The notes under the pieces were generated by a model. It worked only from the letters and a program-made list of their open reading frames with translations. It made no database searches and was not told the origin of the DNA. A stretch of 63,469 bases of DNA, the filler included, from Asterionella formosa (lineage: Eukaryota), in NCBI GenBank assembly GCA_002256025.1. It is 10 parts of 10 records of this genome, joined end to end, with 100 filler letters (N's around TTAATTAATTAA, not from the genome) between each part and the next. Parts side by side here need not be neighbours in the genome. Positions count along the whole stretch, not along the records: positions 58,695 to 60,219 come from NKIB01002070.1; positions 60,320 to 61,844 come from NKIB01002071.1; positions 61,945 to 63,469 come from NKIB01002072.1; 7 more parts are not named here. One strand, given 5' to 3'. Of the stretch, positions 58,595-63,469 are shown piece by piece. The position numbers and the translations under genes were made by a program. Each line of letters begins with the position of its first letter. Position 1 is the first letter of the stretch.

Positions 58595-60374
58595 NNNNNN
58601 NNNNNNNNNNNNNNNNNNNNNNNNNNNNNNNNNNNNNNTTAATTAATTAANNNNNNNNNNNNNNNNNNNNNNNNNNNNNNNNNNNNNNNNNNNNTGAGGG
58701 TTGGGTTAGGTTGGGTGGGGCTTTGTTAGCTACTATGATTTGAGAACACTCTACTACCGGTAGGGCGGGGCAGGTGAATACCTGGTACTCCTACCGGGGT
58801 ACACCTTTCACTTAGGGTTGATGTGGTAGGAATGGTACGGCCAAGCACGGAAGAATTGCCTGTGGGTTTCTTGACTAATTTGAGTGTTTTCATCATTGTT
58901 GTCAAAAGTCCATATTCCCCCAAGGTACCTAAATGCCCCTAAAATCATTACCGGTATTTGAAGAGGGGATGAATCCATTCCTGTTGCAGCCACCTGTTCG
59001 ATTCCAGAGAGGAAAGCAACCTATTAGCACCTCTAGCCTAGTCCTCAACAAAAAGAACAGGAATTGCGTGTGTGGAAGAAGCCAAATTGAAATGGATTAA
59101 AAAATCGACCTGCTATATTTTGAATGCATTTCTAATATCTCGATTTGCTACACAATGTTCCCCTTTTTTCTCTGCCTCTTTTAGTAAGAACTGTTTGCTG
59201 TCTCACCCACTTCCCTTCTTCTATTCTGATTCTTAATTGTCTCTTCCCCTCTCCTGTTACTCCAACTCTAAATTCGCCTACTATTCCATTGTTTGATCTG
59301 TTTTGTTGCTGTCCTCATCACACTTACAATGAGAGGGAATTACTTGTTAGACATGTTGGTTTACACCAGCAGCACAACATGAAATTTCAAAGTGTGATAT
59401 GAGTTGTCAACAAGAATAAGGACAAAAATGAATTCCAAGATTAGTTTAACAAGCTCAAAACTAAGTGAAGGCAAGTCGAAAGTAATTAAGAAACACTGAG
59501 GATTGACAGAGTAAGGTCAACAGTGAAAACTATCAAGAAGGCTAGAAGCAAACAATAACAGTACTAGCTAGCTAGTGGCACTAGCTACAACAGGTAATTT
59601 TTTAGATGACTGCTGGTCTGCCCACAAGAAGGAATACAACACCACTTTTAACATTGGAGTACAACACACCTCTATATAGACTACCTTATTGTTGCAACAT
59701 GATAGTGTTGTGAACTGCAGCTAGGTACCTACTATCGGCTATCTCGAGTTATCACTGCCTAGCTTCCACTATGAGTTCTTTACTGGTAGGTCTGAGTTGA
59801 ATTTGTCACGACCACAACTACCGGTACTACCTGTACGGCACGTTCCTGGTATTTGCTCATGATGAGGATGTTAACGCCTTGCTATACATACATGGATGAA
59901 TACTGGAGTACATAAAAGCAATGATGCATACCGGCATTATTCATACATGAAGTTTTTACTATATAAATGTTACGTTGATGTTATATATTCATTTGTGTAG
60001 ATATCAAATTCTCTGGCTCTAACGCATCATTCATGCCAACCATACCAGGAAAATAACCATGATCCAAAAGACCAGCAATTGCCCACCCGCACGCTCTGCT
60101 AGTAACTATTAAAGGTGTTTTTGTGTTGATAATTTGATTTGCTGCCTTGTTGTGATCGCATTGATACGCATCGTGCACCTGTATCATATACCGGTATATG
60201 ATTCATTGACTGTATTAGTNNNNNNNNNNNNNNNNNNNNNNNNNNNNNNNNNNNNNNNNNNNNTTAATTAATTAANNNNNNNNNNNNNNNNNNNNNNNNN
60301 NNNNNNNNNNNNNNNNNNNATATAGACAAGTAATTGCTATATAACATATTAAGTACCGGTAGTGTAATATATAG

Positions 60375-60792
60375 TGTTGAAACATATTAGAGATTCCTGA
60401 TTCCAGATCAGATTATGAAAGTGTTAACTCTCTCAATTCTGACTACGGTACCTGGTACCTGGAAGGTCCGGTAATCAGTGTACATAGCGTTCAGGTTGCT
60501 CGTTTTCTGTTCATCGATGCACAATATGTACGAGAAAAGGCAGGAGTACATCCCCAAATACTATTGGACTATGTACAGGTGGAAAGGTGGTACCTGGTGA
60601 AGTATCTAACTAGAAGTAGTAGTATTTGTTGAATATATGAGCTTATTAATTAATCCTTATGTATAACTCATTTCCTGAACTGACATCAAAGTATAGAATG
60701 GGTGTTAGTCGAGTTCTCTCATTATTGAATTCCGATATATTTGACATAACCCCAACTCTATATATATCTGTATCGATGTGCAGGATTGCTCA
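60375..60792. mobile_element. Possible LTR downstream of the integrase
   Basis: Lies 3' of a PPT-like tract on the minus strand. TGTTG at 60375 gives a canonical CAACA end on the minus strand. No second LTR copy is available to confirm it. Confidence 0.4.
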
Positions 60793-60818
60793 CTCTCCCA
60801 CACTTGAGGGAAAACCTT

Positions 60819-61844
60819 TTACCTATGAAAAGGTTTGATACGACGAATATTAATTCGTTCGGTAATATGCATAGTGCGTTGAAAAGTAACTGTACCATTG
60901 GCATGTACTTGAATAATAGTATAAGGACCTCGTCCACGATCATCCAAAGTAGTAGGATTATCCAATAATATTAAAATCTCGTCACCCACTTTGTAATCAT
61001 AAGATCGACGACGGAAATTTGCACGACGTAAACGTTCGTCAATTATCACCTGTCGACGTTGATGTATTAATTGTAAATCTGTAATCAAAGGAATATTTAA
61101 TATCATATCACGTTGGAAAACCCATGCTCCTGGTGAAATACGTAATATACTATGAATAGTAGCTCGAGCTGCATATGACGCAGCTGCAAAACATGTATCC
61201 ACAATATTTTGGGCTTGAAATTCATTGATTGGAGGATGAGCCTTTAACATAACTCGTAGACTATTGCTGATAGATTGATGGAAACGTTCACAGATAGCAT
61301 TTGCTTGTGGATTCTTTACTGTGGTAGTCACATCTTTGATTCCATTCAATACTAACATGTGTAAGAAAGGAGCACCAGTAAATTCACCTCCATTGTCATG
61401 TATACAACGTTCTGGACGGGGATATCTGGCTAACCAATCATTTTCAAATTTCATTGCAATATATTCTGATGTTTTATTGATGATACGTGAAATTTCTGCT
61501 AAATTGGTGACTGTGTCAATACAAGTTAGAGCACGAAATTCAATCGTTTGAGCAGCCACTGTTATCTTCCATGGACCAATTAGATCTACTGCGACTTCTG
61601 ACCATGGTAATAATAATGCATTCCTGGGTGGAAGTTCACCAAAACCAGTACCAGGTAATTTTGTACGTTGACATGCTTCACATACTCTTACAATATGTTC
61701 CACTCTTGTTTTTAATATAGGGTGATAAAAATGTGTAGCAATTGTAGCATTTAATCTTGTCATACCCACATGAGCTAACATCTGATGATACCAATTAATA
61801 ATAGGATCCAATAATGATGTAGGAATAGCAATACGCCAAGTATC
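60819..61844 (-). mobile_element. Ty3/gypsy integrase (3' end of pol), 5'-truncated at the contig edge
   Basis: HHCC zinc finger (WYHQMLAHVG...CEAC), D-D-E core (VAVDLIGPW, CIHDNGGEF, NAICERFH) and GPY motif (GRGPYTII). A purine-rich gggagag follows the stop codon. Confidence 0.93.
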
Positions 61845-62222
61845 NNNNNNNNNNNNNNNNNNNNNNNNNNNNNNNNNNNNNNNNNNNNTTAATTAATTAA
61901 NNNNNNNNNNNNNNNNNNNNNNNNNNNNNNNNNNNNNNNNNNNNTATTATGACTATTCTATTGCTGTTCCAAGTACATCGTTGTCAGCACTCACGCATGT
62001 ACCTAATCTGGTGGCTGCGCCGGTATGGTTCGTACGGCGCATGTATGGAGCATCATATGCAGATATTAACACAAGGTACCCGGTAGTCTTGTCTTTCGAG
62101 CCCTTTAACAGTTGCAACTGTTGCAATTTAAAATATTTTTTCACCTCCTCACGAAATCAGCAGGCAGATCCAGAAATGTCATCAAATCGATAATCCCCCA
62201 TTCATATTAATTGCGTCATACC

Positions 62223-62845
62223 ATGACTTCAAGTATGTTTCCCTTTTATACTCCCACCAGAACGAGTGTTCAGCTTGTGTTCAGCTTCACGAACAATACT
62301 CTCCTTCCGCTTTCGACTGTATCTGTGGCAGAGGGAGGACAGCATACAATCATATCGGCAATAAACGATTTCGTCTCATAAGCGCCTCCTCAAATATTTA
62401 TGAAGATACACTTCAGCTTGCTAAACTCGACTGCCAGATTGTCGCCCGTTCCTTATTCGGAGACGGAGTCTCTCGTCCACAGTCTGGAACTGGAGGCACA
62501 TGGAACAGCAACAAAATCAATGATTTTCGATTTTCAACCCATTGAAGAGATGGAATCCATCTGAACATGGGAGTAGAATTGGCGATGACGCCAACTTCGA
62601 ATTATGTTGAGGGCATATCCAAACTGGCTAGGCCATGGTGTACTGGGAACATGATTGCCGGAATTCCATGCGAACCACAGTGCGACGACGAAGCCGACTC
62701 GTTTGATGCACTGGTCTCGGAACTTTTCTTGGAAGAAGCATCGATGTACCGGTAATACATTCCAATCGAACCTCTTAACCCAAACGACGAAATTCCAATA
62801 GAAATTAGCAGTACATTGTCCTCCTTTCTGAATGAAACGTTGTAA
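62223..62845 (+). pseudogene. DUF6824-like (diatom-expanded) domain pseudogene
   Basis: Removing one copy of the 11-bp tandem duplication gtgttcagctt (62266-62287) restores MTSSMFPFYTPTRTSVQLHEQYSPSAFDCICGRGRTAYNHIGNKRFRLI. Further stops and frameshifts follow downstream (e.g. TAA at 62753). Confidence 0.65.
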
Positions 62846-63469
62846 GTTGAGGCGGCGAAGCAGTCGTCCTCAAACCGCCTCCCACGGCAACAAGTCACGT
62901 ATTACGATGTGATCGAATGATTTCGTCCGCATGAAAAAAGGCGCAAACCTTAAGCCATGACATTGGGATGATCTGTGATAAATTTGCAAGTATGAGGTGG
63001 TGACCGACTGCAGCTTATTGGGAGGATAATATCGAATTGTTTTAAAATATCTTTCGAAAGTGCAAATTGCTCGTTCACGTTACAAACTAAACGTTGTTAC
63101 TACGGGTCATTGACATTGTTCATACCATATGAATCACTACTTTTATTGATTTTGTGATATGGCGTGAAACTGGAGGGCTAACGTGAAGTTGGATTTACCG
63201 GCAATGTCTTGCCACTACCAGTTACCAATAGGTAGCAAAGTGTGCAGTAGAGCAACAACCTTAGATTGAATCGTTGAACTCGAAAACCTTTTTTTTTGGC
63301 TAAAGTTTCCCTAGATTCGACGTTTCTTGCTCTCATTCTTTTTACCATCTCGGCTGTCGTCAGAAGGATATGAGCGAGATCGGCTATGCTTCCTCTAGTC
63401 GTCGTTCATATTCATTTTTGGATCACCTCTCACCTCATCATCAGAAGTACGGATGCGAGTCGTTTTCTT

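Noticed and set aside
25205..61944. Regularly repeated TTAATTAATTAA palindrome within N runs, as a biological repeat or CRISPR-like array
   Set aside because: Fixed-format six-frame-stop linker used to concatenate contigs; an artefact.

Overview
Eukaryotic nuclear DNA, almost certainly a diatom (inferred from short GT-AG introns, bipartite signal+ASAF-type plastid presequences, a DUF6824-like CGRG..H.GN..FR domain and diatom-style Ty3/gypsy fragments). The window is not one locus. It is 10 contigs joined by an artificial 100-bp linker (44 N + TTAATTAATTAA + 44 N), with lengths 25204, 25160, 5x1526 and 3x1525 bp, so adjacency across linkers is meaningless. Contig 1 holds a gypsy RT fragment, a YheT-like hydrolase, SerRS, Sec63, plastid TypA (5 exons), an STK19-like gene, an ankyrin/GCN1-C-terminus chimera and a 5'-truncated GCN1. 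Contig 2 holds cytochrome c1 (3 exons), Cmc2, PNPase, an FG-GAP-like membrane protein, a DUF4336-like gene, an SGNH-like type II membrane protein, a signal-peptide RHD3/Sey1-like protein, a serine decarboxylase-like gene and an M17 aminopeptidase. Five small contigs are variant units of a 927-bp tandem repeat encoding SdrD-B/Cna-B-like domains. The last three carry unassigned DNA, a gypsy integrase and a DUF6824-like pseudogene. The best leads are (1) an ankyrin-repeat protein fused to a diverged copy of the last ~330 aa of the neighbouring GCN1, lacking its GCN2-binding segment; (2) arrays of (TACCTGG)n/TACCGG concentrated upstream of genes; (3) a very large, homogenised bacterial-adhesin-like repeat protein; (4) an RHD3/Sey1-like protein with a signal peptide and no P-loop. 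All family assignments come from motif recognition by eye, without database searches.
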